64,000 nt of DNA. Source: Eledone cirrhosa (lineage: Eukaryota). A program made the position numbers and the translations under genes. The notes under the pieces were generated by a model. The model had not been told where the DNA came from. It saw only the letters and a list, made by a program, of their open reading frames with translations, and made no database searches. This document shows, in pieces, positions 15,552-28,700 of the stretch; within the stretch, counting starts at the first letter, position 1; every line of letters begins with the position of its first letter. Location: NCBI GenBank assembly GCA_964016885.1, contig CAXHJY010000552.1:1-64000 (forward strand). Reading direction: 5' to 3'.

Positions 15552-16149
15552 AATACTCAACCACTTACTAATTGAATAAGCAGGTTGATCGAACAACTGA
15601 ATACTCATCAAAACTGACCCAGATGCAATTACTTTTTATTTTACTTAGTCAATAAGAAAGTTCATAGAATTTGATAAATTCAATATTTGTGAGGAGTGAA
15701 GGATCTAATATTTTAGATTGTTTGCCTTTTATTTAGAGATGAGGAAGATGGCTAAACAGATGTTATAACATGGGTTTTAAGCAAGTAAATTTATACCATA
15801 CAAATAACACTACTTTTCTCTATCACTTCCTTATTCACAGACGAAGGGCAAGAGGAGCAAATGATTAATTTCTTCACTCTACTCTCATCACATTAATGGA
15901 ACTTGAGCTCTCCTCACAACTTAGCAGATCTATTGACCTACAAGAAATTGCAGCCAAATCTCCTCCAAATCATACCATACCTTTTTTTAAGAAGAGGAAA
16001 TAAAACATTATTTAATGTTTTCTTTGAGATCACAAGTCTGCTTGATGAGTTAATCTGGGACTAAATAAAAATTGTCTTAGTCTAAGTTTATATTGATATC
16101 CTTTTATTCATAGAATGTTTGACCCAAAACATATTAAATATTCATTTAC

Positions 16150-16826
16150 TCTTTCCACCTCTTTTTAGCTCTCTCTCCTGCCACATTCTCTTCCTCTCAC
16201 ATTCTCTTCCTCTCTCCTCCCACACTCTCTTCCTCTTTCTTCCTCTCTCCTCCCACACTCTCTTCCTCTTTCTTCCTCTCTCTTCCTCTTTCTTCCTCTC
16301 TCCTCCCACACTCCCTTCCTCTTTCTTCCTCTCTCCTCCCACACTCCCTTCCTCTTTCTTCCTCTCTCCTCCCACACTCTTCCTCTCTCTTATTCCTCTC
16401 TCCTCCTCTCTCTCTTCCTCTCTCCTCCTCTCTCTCTTCCTCTCTCCTCCTCTCCCTCCTCCCCTCTTCTCCTCCTCCTTCTCTCTTCTCCTCTCTCTCC
16501 TCCTCTCTCTCCTCCTCTCTCTCGCTCTCTCTCTCCCTCTCTTCCTCTTCCTCTCCCCTCTCTCTCTCTCCCCTCTCCCTCTTCCTCTCTATCCCCCTCT
16601 CCCTCTCTATCCCCCTCTCCTTCTCTCCCTCTCTCCCCATCTTCCTCTTCCTCTCTCTTCCTCTCTTCCTCTCTCCCTCTTCCTCTTCCTCTCTCCCTCT
16701 TCCTCTTCCTCTTCCTCTCTTCCTCTTTCTCTCTTCCTCTTTCTCTCTCTCTTTCTCTCTCCCTCTTCCTCTTTCTCTCTCTCTTCCTCTTTCTCTCTCT
16801 CTTTCTCTCTCCCTCCCTCTCTCTCT
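16150..16826. repeat. ~680-bp CT-rich polypyrimidine tract with ~33-bp subrepeats
   Basis: Almost only C and T. TCTTCCTCTCTCCTCCCACACTC is repeated at about 16205-16380. Confidence 0.97.
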
Positions 16827-16875
16827 AACATTTTAAACATTTATCAAGTCACATTTCTTTGCCAATTGTTTATAG

Positions 16876-16970
16876 GGAACAATCTGGAAGCCCAGGCCTT
16901 CTTATCAAGAGGTGGACAGGTGATCATACGCATGCGAGGACTGCCTTTCACAGCAACTGTACAACAAGTG
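16876..16970 (+). CDS. ESRP: ESRP1/2 / fusilli-like internal exon (linker and start of RRM2)
   Basis: TTGTTTATAG acceptor. Translates GNNLEAQAFLSRGGQVIIRMRGLPFTATVQQV. Donor GTG|GTGAGT, phase 0. The following exon was not found in the window. Confidence 0.95.
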
Positions 16971-17464
16971 GTGAGTAGTTGTCATCAGGTTTTGTGCCCT
17001 TGAATAGATATGTTAGTGTTAACATACTTCCTGTCTACATCTGATGGAGGATTTATGGATAGATTGAAGGGATTGGTGTGTGGGTGGCTGGTTGAAGGGA
17101 CAGATTAAGGGTTAAGAGATAGAAATGGATAGGCACACACAGATGGCTGATGGATGGTGTAAAATGTAAACAAATGTGAATATATTTTGTTACTCTTCAT
17201 ATATAGAAAAACAGAAAGGGTTGCTTTTACATGTTTCACTGCTAGTTGACTGTTCATCAGTAAACAAGCATCTTTATCTTTATCCTTCTGCCTACAGAGG
17301 ACTCTTAACAAATCTTTAATCAAACACAAACAGGGACCAGTATAATTTGAATAATGTGCATTTGTTGGAGACAATTAGTTAAATGATAAATATTTAATGC
17401 TCAACACGGTATATGTTAAAAAGTGCAAGATATATCTAATGTAGGTATAATTACAGTTTTTTAA

Positions 17465-17600
17465 GACATATGGCTTAGTGGTTAGGGCATTGAGCTCACA
17501 ATTATGAAGTTAGGGGTTCAATTTCCAGATCAAGTGATGCTTTGTATCCTTGAGTAAGGCACTTCATTGCACATTTTTCTACTTGACTCAAAAGTCTTGT
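17465..17600 (+). mobile_element. tRNA-derived SINE head
   Basis: Box A TGGCTTAGTGG, box B GGTTCAATTTCC, core TGTATCCTTGAGTAAGGCACTTCATT. Confidence 0.8.
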
Positions 17601-17839
17601 ATTCTCAGTTGTTTTCCACCAATAAAAATGAGATAATCTCTGAGCTTCATGCAACTCATGCAAGCATGGAAAAACATGGAAAACGATTACTTTCTCTATT
17701 TAACTACAGAATATAGATTATAAGAGTCACTGTGAAAACATAATAGATATGAAAACATATATTTTGATCTTTTGTCAAGTTTATTATTTTTAAACAGAAC
17801 AGGTATTTGTTCAACCGTGTTGGTGACATTCTGTAAAGA

Positions 17840-18090
17840 GGCTGGTGATAAGAAAGGCATCCAGCTATTGAAAATTTGCCAAGGGGTTGAGAAGACCCTT
17901 CAATTGTATCAAAGACGTGACAACCTTCCCAGTGTTGCTGCCATGATTGTAGAGTGCAGGAACATGAGAGATCAGATCACCCTCCAGCCCATCTGAGGGA
18001 TCAGTGGCTGTGATTAACTACTGATTTGGTTTGTGACAACTCATCCTGTCCTTGCTAGCAGGGAAAAATCATTAAATGATGATGATGATA
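17840..18090 (+). repeat. Dispersed retroposon 3' part ending in (ATG)n, copy 2
   Basis: Similar to 13640-13912. Confidence 0.65.
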
Positions 18091-18937
18091 TAGATGTTTG
18101 CTTTTTGTTAATGCATAGCTACTTGTCTATCCATCCTTCCAACAATTTTTCTAAGTGTACTAGGTGCACTTTATCATGGTACCAGTGCTTTACAGTCCTC
18201 AGTGTATTTTATTGTGAAACTAGCACTAACATTTTAGAGAGTGTACAAGGTCCATTTTATTTTGACACCAGCAATAAAACTACAGTGTACTGGAATGCAT
18301 TTTAACATGATACTAGCACAAGAAAGGTTTCATGCTTGTCTAGACTGAAGAGTCCTCACAAACCCTATATTGTCTCTGTTCGATTGCCAAAACTGTAACC
18401 CCTTGTCTCTCACCATATGTATTTTGCCACAGTGCTTGTACATGTGGACAGGTATTATGATATATCACCAATCCTCTCGGTTCTGTTATTTGTAATATTA
18501 TCTTTTCTTTTTTTTGTTCGAGGTAATTTACTTTTTCAGTGAATCATCTATGTTTATCTGAAAATAAATGTTGTAGTTACTTCATTTGTTAGCTTTTAAG
18601 TTATATTTTTCTATTTTTCTCTCTTCAACATTGAGCTTTTTAAGCAGTGTAGTAGATTAAGTTCTGCTACGTGATTTTTGTGGCAAATACTTGCTGTTAC
18701 ATCATGTAGCAAGTTTTTGTGTTGTGCTCTAGGTATTATGTTAAAGTTTAACCAAGAGTTTGTCACTCTTCTGAGAGGAGGATAGAGTTGACATTTGCTC
18801 TAGATCAATAGACTAAATAATTTTCAAACAATAAAAAGGAAAGGTAAGGATCTGATCATCAGATTAGAATAAGAAAACTTTTCCATTGGTCCTTCCATTG
18901 CTGATACTATCTGCTGGTCACAGATAGCATCAGCAAG

Positions 18938-19028
18938 TATTTTGCTCAACACATGTTGCCTGGTCCAGGAATTGAACCCCCAATCTTATGATCATGACTC
19001 TAACTCCTTAACAACTAGACCACACCCT
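18938..19028 (-). mobile_element. tRNA-derived SINE head fragment
   Basis: The - strand reads GTGTGGTCTAGTTGTTAAGG..GGGTTCAATTCCTGG..TTGAGCAAAATACTT. Confidence 0.7.
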
Positions 19029-19743
19029 TCACAAATAGATAACTGATACTTATAAAATGATTTATCTCCACTGTATTGCTTTCTAGCATTGGCACAATGC
19101 TAGAAATCAGTATCATTTTCTGACAGGACTGGGTCAATGAAACTGCTCCCACACAGATGTTCACTGGAACTATTTTTGTCAACCCACGAAGTATGATAAG
19201 CAAAGTTTAAAGTTCAGTTTAACAAAGTTCAAAGTTCGGTTTAGCAAAAATTAAACTCTGAACATTATTTAAACCTTAAGTCAGCCCTGATCAGCCTTAG
19301 GATCAACAACATTCCATCCCTTGACTACATCCCATCATTTTCTGTATTTGGGATTACATTGTCCAATCTACCATTTTTCTTAAAGGATATGGCTCTTATT
19401 TCTAGTTGGTCAAATGGCTACAGAGAGATGCAGATGGTTAGGTATCTTATGTCATATTTGGAGCTATAAGAACCTGATCCCCCAGAATTTTATCCTCGTA
19501 TTTTCATAATACAAAAATAGGGTATTTCGACAAAACAAGAGCTAAATGGGTGAAAAACAAATAAATGTGTGATTACTATTGTATTATTATATTTTAGTAT
19601 ATTTAAGGTAGGATGAAAGTAACTTGTTCTGAAATTCCTTTATTTAAATATAAAATTATAATCTTTAATCATTACATATCTTTGGTACTGCTTATGCTGT
19701 TAATATTTGATAGTTGTTATGATGCAAATATCTGATAATCATT

Positions 19744-22700
19744 ATGGTGCTAACATCTTTGGTAGTCATAGTGGTACTAACATCTTTGGTAGTCATAGTG
19801 GTACTAACATCTTTGGTAGTCATAGTGGTGCTAACATCTTTGATAGTCATAGTGGTGCTAACATCTTTGGTAGTCATAGTGGTGCTAACATCTTTGGTAG
19901 TCATAGTGGTGCTAACATCTTTGGTAGTCATAGTGGTGCTAACATCTTTGGTAGTCATAGTGGTGCTAACATCTTTGGTAGTCATAGTGGTGCTAACATC
20001 TTTGGTAGTCATAGTGGTGCTAACATCTTTGGTAGTCATAGTGGTGCAAACATCTTTGGTAGTTATAGTGGTGCTAACATCTTTGGTAGTCATAGTGGTG
20101 CTAACATCTTTGGTAGTTATAGTGGTGCTAACATCTTTGGTAGTTATAGTGGTGCTAACATCTTTGATAGTCATAGTGGTGCTAACATCTTTGGTAGTTA
20201 TAGTGGTGCTAACATCTTTGGTAGTTATAGTGGTGCTAACATCTTTGGTAGTCATAGTGGTGCTAACATCTTTCGTAGTTCTAGTGGTGCTAACATCTTT
20301 CGTAGTTCTAGTGGTGCTAACATCTTTGGTAGTCATAGTGGTGCTAACATCTTTGGTAGTTATAGTGGTGTTAATATCTTTGGTAGTTATAGTGGTGCTA
20401 ACATCTTTGATAGTCATAGTGGTGCTAACATCTTTGGTAGTTATAGTGGTGCTAACATCTTTGATAGTCATAGTGGTGCTAACATCTTTGATAGTCATAG
20501 TGGTGCTAACATCTTTGATAGTCATAGTGGTGCTAACATCTTTGGTAGTCATAGTGGTGCTAACATCTTTGGTAGTCATAGTGGTGCTAACATCTTTGGT
20601 AGTCATAGTGGTGCTAACATCTTTGGTAGTCATAGTGGTGCTAACATCTTTGGTAGTTATAGTGGTGCTAACATCTTTGGTAGTTATAGTGGTGCTAACA
20701 TCTTTGGTAGTTATAGTGGTGCTAACATCTTTGGTAGTTATAGTGGTGCTAACATCTTTGGTAGTTATAGTGGTGCTAACGTCTTTGATAGTCATAGTGG
20801 TGCTAACATCTTTGGTAGTCATAGTGGTGCTAACATCTTTGGTAGTTCTAGTGGTGCTAACATCTTTGATAGTCATAGTGGTGCTAACATCTTTGGTAGT
20901 CATAGTGGTGCTAACATCTTTGGTAGTCATAGTGGTGCTAACATCTTTCGTAGTTCTAGTGGTGCTAACATCTTTGGTAGTCATAGTGGTGCTAACATCT
21001 TTGGTAGTTCTAGTGGTGCTAACATCTTTGGTAGTTATAGTGGTGCTAACATCTTTGATAGTTATAGTGGTGCTAACATCTTTGGTAGTTATAGTGGTGC
21101 TAACATCTTTGGTAGTTATAGTGGTGCTAACATCTTTGGTAGTCATAGTGGTGCTAACATCTTTGGTAGTTATAGTGGTGCTAACATCTTTGGTAGTCAT
21201 AGTGGTGCTAACATCTTTGGTAGTCATAGTGGTGCTAACATCTTTGGTAGTTCTAGTGGTGCTAACATCTTTGGTAGTCATAGTGGTGCTAACATCTTTG
21301 GTAGTTCTAGTGGTGCTAACATCTTTGATAGTTATAGTGGTGTTCACATCTTTGATAGTTATAGTGGTGCTAACATCTTTGGTAGTTATAGTGGTGCTAA
21401 CATCTTTGGTAGTCATAGTGGTGCTAACATCTTTGGTAGTTATAGTGGTGTTCACATCTTTGATAGTTATAGTGGTGCTAAACTCTTTGGTAGTTATAGT
21501 GGTGCTAACATCTTTGGTAGTTATAGTGGTGCTAACATCTTTGGGAGTTATAGTGGTGCTAACATCTTTGGTAGTTATAGTGGTGCTAACGTCTTTGGTA
21601 GTTATAGTGGTGCTAACATCTTTGGTAGTTATAGTGGTGCTAACATCTTTGGTAGTTATAGTGGTGCTAACATCTTTGATAGTCATAGTGGTGCTAACAT
21701 CTTTGGTGGTCATAGTGGTGCTAACGTCTTTGGTAGTTATAGTGGTGTTCACATCTTTGGTAGTTATAGTGGTGCTAACGTCTTTGGTAGTTATAGTGGT
21801 GCTAACGTCTTTGGTAGTTATAGTGGTGCTAACGTCTTTGATAGTCATAGTGGTGCTAACATCTTTGGTAGTTATAGTGGTGTTAATATCTTTCGTAGTC
21901 ATAGTGGTGCTAACGTCTTTGGTAGTCATAGTGGAACTAACATATTTGGTAGTTATAGTGGTGCTAACATATTTGGTAGTTATAGTGGTGCTAAGATATT
22001 TGGTAGTTATAGTGGTGCTAACATCTTTGGTAGTTATAGTGGTGTTAATATCTTTGGTAGTCATAGTGGTGCTAACGTCTTTGGTAGTCATAGTGGTGCT
22101 AACGTCTTTGGTAGTCATAGTGGTGCTAACATCTTTGGTAGTTATAGTGGTGTTAATATCTTTCGTAGTCATAGTGGTGCTAACGTCTTTGGTAGTCATA
22201 GTGGAACTAACATATTTGGTAGTTATAGTGGTGCTAACATATTTGGTAGTTATAGTGGTGCTAAGATATTTGGTAGTTATAGTGGTGCTAACATCTTTGG
22301 TAGTTATAGTGGTGCTAATATCTTTGGTAGTCATAGTGGTGCTAACGTCTTTGGTAGTCATAGTGGTGCTAACATCTTTGGTAGTTATAGTGGTGATAAC
22401 ATCTTTGGTAGTTATAGTGGTGCTAACATCTTTGGTAGTTATAGTGGTGCTAACATCTTTGGTAGTTATAGTGGTGCTAACATCTTTGGTAGTTATAGTG
22501 GTGCTAACATCTTTGGTAGTTATAGTGGTGTTAATATCTTTGGTAGTCATAGTGGTGCTAACGTCTTTGGTAGTCATAGTGGTGCTAACATCTTTGGTAG
22601 TTATAGTGGTGCTAACATCTTTGGTAGTTATAGTGGTGCTAACATCTTTGGTAGTTATAGTGGTGCAAACATCTTTGGTAGTTATAGTGGTGCTAACATC

Positions 22701-25700
22701 TTTGGTAGTTATAGTGGTGCTAACGTCTTTGGTAGTTATAGTGGTGTTAACGTCTTTGGTAGTTATAGTGGTGCTAACGTTTTTGGTAGTTATAGTGGTG
22801 CTAACATCTTTGGTAGTTATAGTGGTGCTAACGTCTTCGGTAGTTATAGTGGTGCTAACATCTTCGGTAGTTATAGTGGTGTTAACGTCTTTGGTAGTTA
22901 TAGTGGTGCTAACGTCTTTGGTAGTTATAGTGGAGTTAACATCTTTAGTAGTTATAGTGGTGTTAACGTCTTTGGTAGTTATAGTGGTGTTAACGTCTTT
23001 GGTAGATATAGTGGTACTAACGCCTTTGGTAGTTATAGTGGTGTTAACGTCTTTAGTAGTTATAGTGGTGTTAACGTCTTTAGTAGTTATAGTGGTGTTA
23101 ACGTCTTTGGTAGTTATAGTGGTGCTAACGCCTTTGGTAGTTATAGTGGTGCTAACATCTTTGGTAGTTATAGTGGTGCTAACGTCTTCGGTAGTTATAG
23201 TAGTGCTAACGTCTTCGGTAGTTATAGTGGTGCTAACATCTTTGGTAGTTCTAGTGGTGCTAACATCTTTGGTAGTTCTAGTGGTGCTAACATCTTTGGT
23301 AGTTATAATGGTGTTAACGTCTTTGGTAGTTATAGTGGTGCTAACGTCGTTGGTAGTTATAGTGGTGCTAACGTCGTTGGTAGTTATAGTGGTGCTAACG
23401 GCTTTGGTAGTTATAGTGGTGCTAACATCTTTGGTAGTTATAGTGGTGCTAACATCTTTGGTAGTTATAGTGGTGCTAACATTTTTGGTAGTTATAGTGG
23501 TGCTAACATCTTTGGTAGTTATAGTGGTGCTAACGTCGTTGGTAGTTATAGTGGTGTTAACGTCTTTGGTAGTTATAGTGGTGCTAACGTCTTTGGTAGT
23601 TATAGTGGTGCTAACATCTTTGGTAGTTATAGTGGTGCTAACGTCTTTGGTAGTTAGAGTGGTGCTAACGTCGTTGGTAGTTATAGGGGTGCTAACGTCT
23701 TTGGTAGTTATAGTGGTGCTAACGTCTTTGGTAGTTATAGTGGTGCTAACGTTTTTGGTAGTTATAGTGGTGCTAACGTCTTTGGTAGTTATAGTGGTGC
23801 TAACGTCTTTGGTAGTTATAGTGGTGCTAACGTCGTTGGTAGTTATAGTGGTGCTAACGTCTTTGGTAGTTATAGTGGTGCTAACGTCTTTGGTAGTTAT
23901 AGTGGTGCTAACGTCTTTGGTAGTTATAGTGGTGCTAACATCTTTGGTAGTTATAGTGGTGCTAACATCTTTGGTAGTTATAGTGGTGCTAACATCTTTG
24001 GTAGTTATAGTGGTGCTAACATCTTTGGTAGTTATAGTGGTGCTAACATCTTTGGTAGTCATAGTGGTGCTAACATCTTTGGTAGTCATAGTGGTGCTAA
24101 CATCTTTGGTAGTTATAGTGGTGCTAACATCTTTGGTAGTTATAGTGGTGCTAACGTCTTTGGTAGTTATAGTGGTGCTAACGTCTTTGGTAGTTATAGT
24201 GGTGCTAACGTCTTTGGTAGTTATAGTGGTGCTAACATCTTTGGTAGTTATAGTGGTGCTAACATCTTTGATAGTCATAGTGGTGCTAACATCTTTGGTA
24301 GTCATAGTGGTGCTAACGTCTTTGGTAGTTATAGTGGTGCTAACGTCTTTGGTAGTTATAGTGGTGCTAACGTCTTTGGTAGTCATAGTGGTGCTAACAT
24401 CTTTGGTAGTTATAGTGGTGTTAATATCTTTCGTAGTCATAGTGGTGCTAACGTCTTTGGTAGTTATAGTGGTGCTAACATCTTTGGTAGTTATAGTGGT
24501 GCTAAGATCTTTGGTAGTCATAGTGGTGCTAACATCTTTGGTAGTTATAGTGGTGCTAACATCTTTGGTAGTTATAGTGGTGCTAACATCTTTGGTAGTT
24601 ATAGTGGTGCTAACATATTTGGTAGTTATAGTGGTGCTAACATCTTTGGTAGTTATAGTGGTGTTAATATCTTTGGTAGTTATAGTGGTGCTAACATCTT
24701 TGGTAGTTATAGTGGTGCTAACATCTTTGGTAGTTATAGTGGTGCTAACATCATTGGTAGTCATAGTGGTGCTAACATCTTTGGTAGTTATAGTGGTGCT
24801 AATATCTTTGGTAGTTATAGTGGTGTTAACGTCTTTGCTAGTTATAGTGGTGCTAACATCTTTGGTAGTTATAGAGGTGCTAACATCTTTGGTAGTTATA
24901 GTGGTGCTAATGTCTTTGGTAGTTATAGTGGTGTTAATATCTTTGGTAGTTATAGTGGTGCTAACATCTTTGGTAGTTATAGTGGTGCTAAGATCTTTGG
25001 TAGTTATAGTGGTGCTAACATCTTTGGTAGTTATAGTGGTGTTAATATCTTTGGTAGTCATAGTGGTGCTAACGTCTTTGGTAGTCATAGTGGTGCTAAC
25101 GTCTTTGGTAGTCATAGTGGTGCTAACATCTTTGGTAGTTATAGTGGTGCTAACATCTTTGGTAGTTATAGTGGTGCTAACATCTTTGGTAGTTATAGTG
25201 GTGCTAACATCTTTGGTAGTTATAGTGGTGCTAACATCTTTGGTAGTTATAGTGGTGTTAACATCTTTGGTAGTTATAGTGGTGCTAACATCTTTGGTAG
25301 TTATAGTGGTGTTAATATCTTTGGTAGTAATAGTGGTGTTAACGTCTTTGGTAGTCATAGTGGTGCTAACATCTTTGGTAGTTATAGTGGTGCTAACATC
25401 TTTGGTAGTTATAGTGGTGTTAATATCTTTGGTAGTTATAGTGGTGTTAATATCTTTGGTAGTTATAGTGGTGCTAACGTCTTTGGTAGTTATAGTGGTG
25501 CTAACATCTTTAGTAGTTATAGTGGTGTTAATGTCTTTGGTAGTTATAGTGGTGCTAACGTCTTTGGTAGTTATAGTGGTGTTAACGTCTTTAGTAGTTA
25601 TAGTGGTGCTAACATATTTGGTAGTTATAGTGGTGCTAACGTCTTTGGTAGTTATAGTGGTGTTAACGTCTTTGGTAGTTATAGTGGTGCTAACATCTTT

Positions 25701-28700
25701 GGTAGTTATAATGGTGTTAACGTCTTTGGTAGTTATAGTGGTGCTAACGTCGTTGGTAGTTATAGTGGTGCTAACGTCGTTGGTAGTTATAGTGGTGCTA
25801 ACGGCTTTGGTAGTTATAGTGGTGCTAACATCTTTGGTAGTTATAGTGGTGCTAACATCTTTGGTAGTTATAGTGGTGCTAACATTTTTGGTAGTTATAG
25901 TGGTGCTAACATCTTTGGTAGTTATAGTGGTGCTAACGTCGTTGGTAGTTATAATGGTGTTAACGTCTTTGGTAGTTATAGTGGTGCTAACGTCTTTGGT
26001 AGTTATAGTGGTGCTAACATCTTTGGTAGTTATAGTGGTGCTAACGTCTTTGGTAGTTAGAGTGGTGCTAACGTCGTTGGTAGTTATAGTGGTGCTAACG
26101 TCTTTGGTAGTTATAGTGGTGCTAACGTCTTTGGTAGTTATAGTGGTGCTAACGTTTTTGGTAGTTATAGTGGTGTTAACGTCTTTGGTAGTTATAGTGG
26201 TGCTAACGTCTTTGGTAGTTATAGTGGTGCTAACGTCTTTGGGAGTTATAGTGGTGCTAACGTCTTTGGTAGTTATAGTGGTGCTAACATCTTTGGTAGT
26301 TATAGTGGTGCTAACATCTTTGATAGTCATAGTGGTGCTAACATCTTTGGTAGTCATAGTGGTGCTAACATCTTTGGTAGTCATAGTGGTGCTAACATCT
26401 TTGGTAGTCATAGTGGTGCTAACATCTTTGGTAGTCATAGTGGTGCTAACATCTTTGGTAGTTATAGTGGTGCTAACATCTTTGGTAGTTATAGTGGTGC
26501 TAACGTCTTTGGTAGTTATAGTGGTGCTAACGTCTTTGGGAGTTATAGTGGTGCTAACGTCTTTGGTAGTTATAGTGGTGCTAACATCTTTGGTAGTTAT
26601 AGTGGTGCTAACATCTTTGATAGTCATAGTGGTGCTAACATCTTTGGTAGTCATAGTGGTGCTAACATCTTTGGTAGTCATAGTGGTGCTAACATCTTTG
26701 GTAGTTATAGTGGTGCTAACATCTTTGGTAGTTATAGTGGTGCTAACGTCTTTGGTAGTTATAGTGGTGCTAACGTCTTTGGTAGTTATAGTGGTGCTAA
26801 CGTCTTTGGTAGTTATAGTGGTGCTAACATCTTTGGTAGTTATAGTGGTGCTAACATCTTTGATAGTCATAGTGGTGTTAATATCTTTGGTATTTATAGT
26901 GGTGCTAACATCTTTGGTAGTTATAGTGGTGTTAACATCTTTGGTAGTTATAGTGGTGCTAACATCTTTGGTAGTTATAGTGGTTCTAACGTCTTTGGTA
27001 GTTATAGTGGTGCTAACGTCTTTGGTAGTTATAGTGGAGCTAACGTCTTTGGTAGTTATAGTGGTGCTAACATCTTTGGTAGTTATAGTGGTGCTAACAT
27101 CTTTGGTAGTTATAGTGGTGCTAACATCTTTGGTAGTTATAGTGGTGCTAACATCTTTGGTAGTTATAGTGGTGCTAACATCTTTGGTAGTCATAGTGGT
27201 GCTAACATCTTTGGTAGTCATAGTGGTGCTAACATCTTTGGTAGTCATAGTGGTGCTAACATCTTTGGTAGTTATAGTGGTGCTAACATCTTTGGTAGTT
27301 ATAGTGGTGCTAACGTCTTTGGTAGTTATAGTGGTGCTAACGTCTTTGGGAGTTATAGTGGTGCTAACGTCTTTGGTAGTTATAGTGGTGCTAACATCTT
27401 TGGTAGTTATAGTGGTGCTAACATCATTGGTAGTCATAGTGGTGCTAACGTCTTTGGTAGTTATAGTGGTGCTAACATCATTGGTAGTCATAGTGGTGCT
27501 AACATCTTTGGTAGTTATAGTGGTGCTAATATCTTTGGTAGTTATAGTGGTGCTAATATCTTTGGTAGTTATAGTGGTGTTAACGTCTTTGCTAGTTATA
27601 GTGGTGCTAACATCTTTGGTAGTTATAGTGGTGCTAACATCTTTGGTAGTTATAGTGGTGCTAACATCTTTGTTAGTTATAGTGGTGCTAACATATTTGG
27701 TAGTTATAGTGGTGCTAACATATTTGGTAGTTATAGTGGTGTTAATATCTTTGGTAGTTATAGTGGTGCTAACATCTTTGGTAGTTATAGTGGTGCTAAC
27801 ATCTTTGGTAGTTATAGTGGTGCTAACATCTTTGGTAGTTATAGTGGTGCTAACATCTTTGGTAGTTATAGTGGTGTTAATATCTTTGGTAGTTATAGTG
27901 GTGCTAACATCTTTGGTAGTTATAGTGGTGCTAACATCTTTGGTAGTTATAGTGGTGCTAACATCATTGGTAGTCATAGTGGTGCTAACATCTTTGGTAG
28001 TTATAGTGGTGCTAATATCTTTGGTAGTTATAGTGGTGTTAACGTCTTTGGGAGTTATAGTGGTGCTAACATCTTTGGTAGTTATAGTGGTGCTAACATC
28101 TTTGGTAGTTATAGTGGTGCTAATGTCTTTGGTAGTTATAGTGGTGTTAATATCTTTGGTAGTTATAGTGGTGCTAACATCTTTGGTAGTTATAGTGGTG
28201 CTAAGATCTTTGGTAGTTATAGTGGTGCTAACATCTTTGGTAGTTATAGTGGTGTTAATATCTTTGGGAGTCATAGTGGTGCTAACGTCTTTGGTAGTCA
28301 TAGTGGTGCCAACGTCTTTGGTAGTTATAGTGGTGCTAACATCTTTGGTAGTTATAGTGGTGCTAACATCTTTGGTAGTTATAGTGGTGCTAACATCTTT
28401 GGTAGTTATAGTGGTGCTAACATCTTTGGTAGTTATAGTGGTGCTAACATCTTTGGTAGTTATAGTGGTGTTAATATCTTTGGTAGTCATAGTGGTGTTA
28501 ACGTCTTTGGTAGTCATAGTGGTGCTAACATCTTTGGTAGTTATAGTGGTGCTAACATCTTTGGTAGTTATAGTGGTGTTAATATCTTTGGTAGTTATAG
28601 TGGTGTTAATATCTTTGGTAGTTATAGTGGTGCTAACGTCTTTGGTAGTTATAGTGGTGCTAACGTCTTTGGTAGTTATAGTGGTGTTAACGTCTTTAGT

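Noticed and set aside
16119-17003. 294-aa L/S/P/F ORF and E/R/G-rich antisense ORFs
   Set aside because: These are translations of the CT tract. Only 16876-16970 is a real exon.
17465-17545. tRNA gene (also at 51800, 54315 and 63110)
   Set aside because: A and B boxes are present, but there is no clean cloverleaf and each continues into a shared SINE core.
18345-18365. CTGAAGAG hammerhead-like box
   Set aside because: There is no proper stem II or GAAA box after it.
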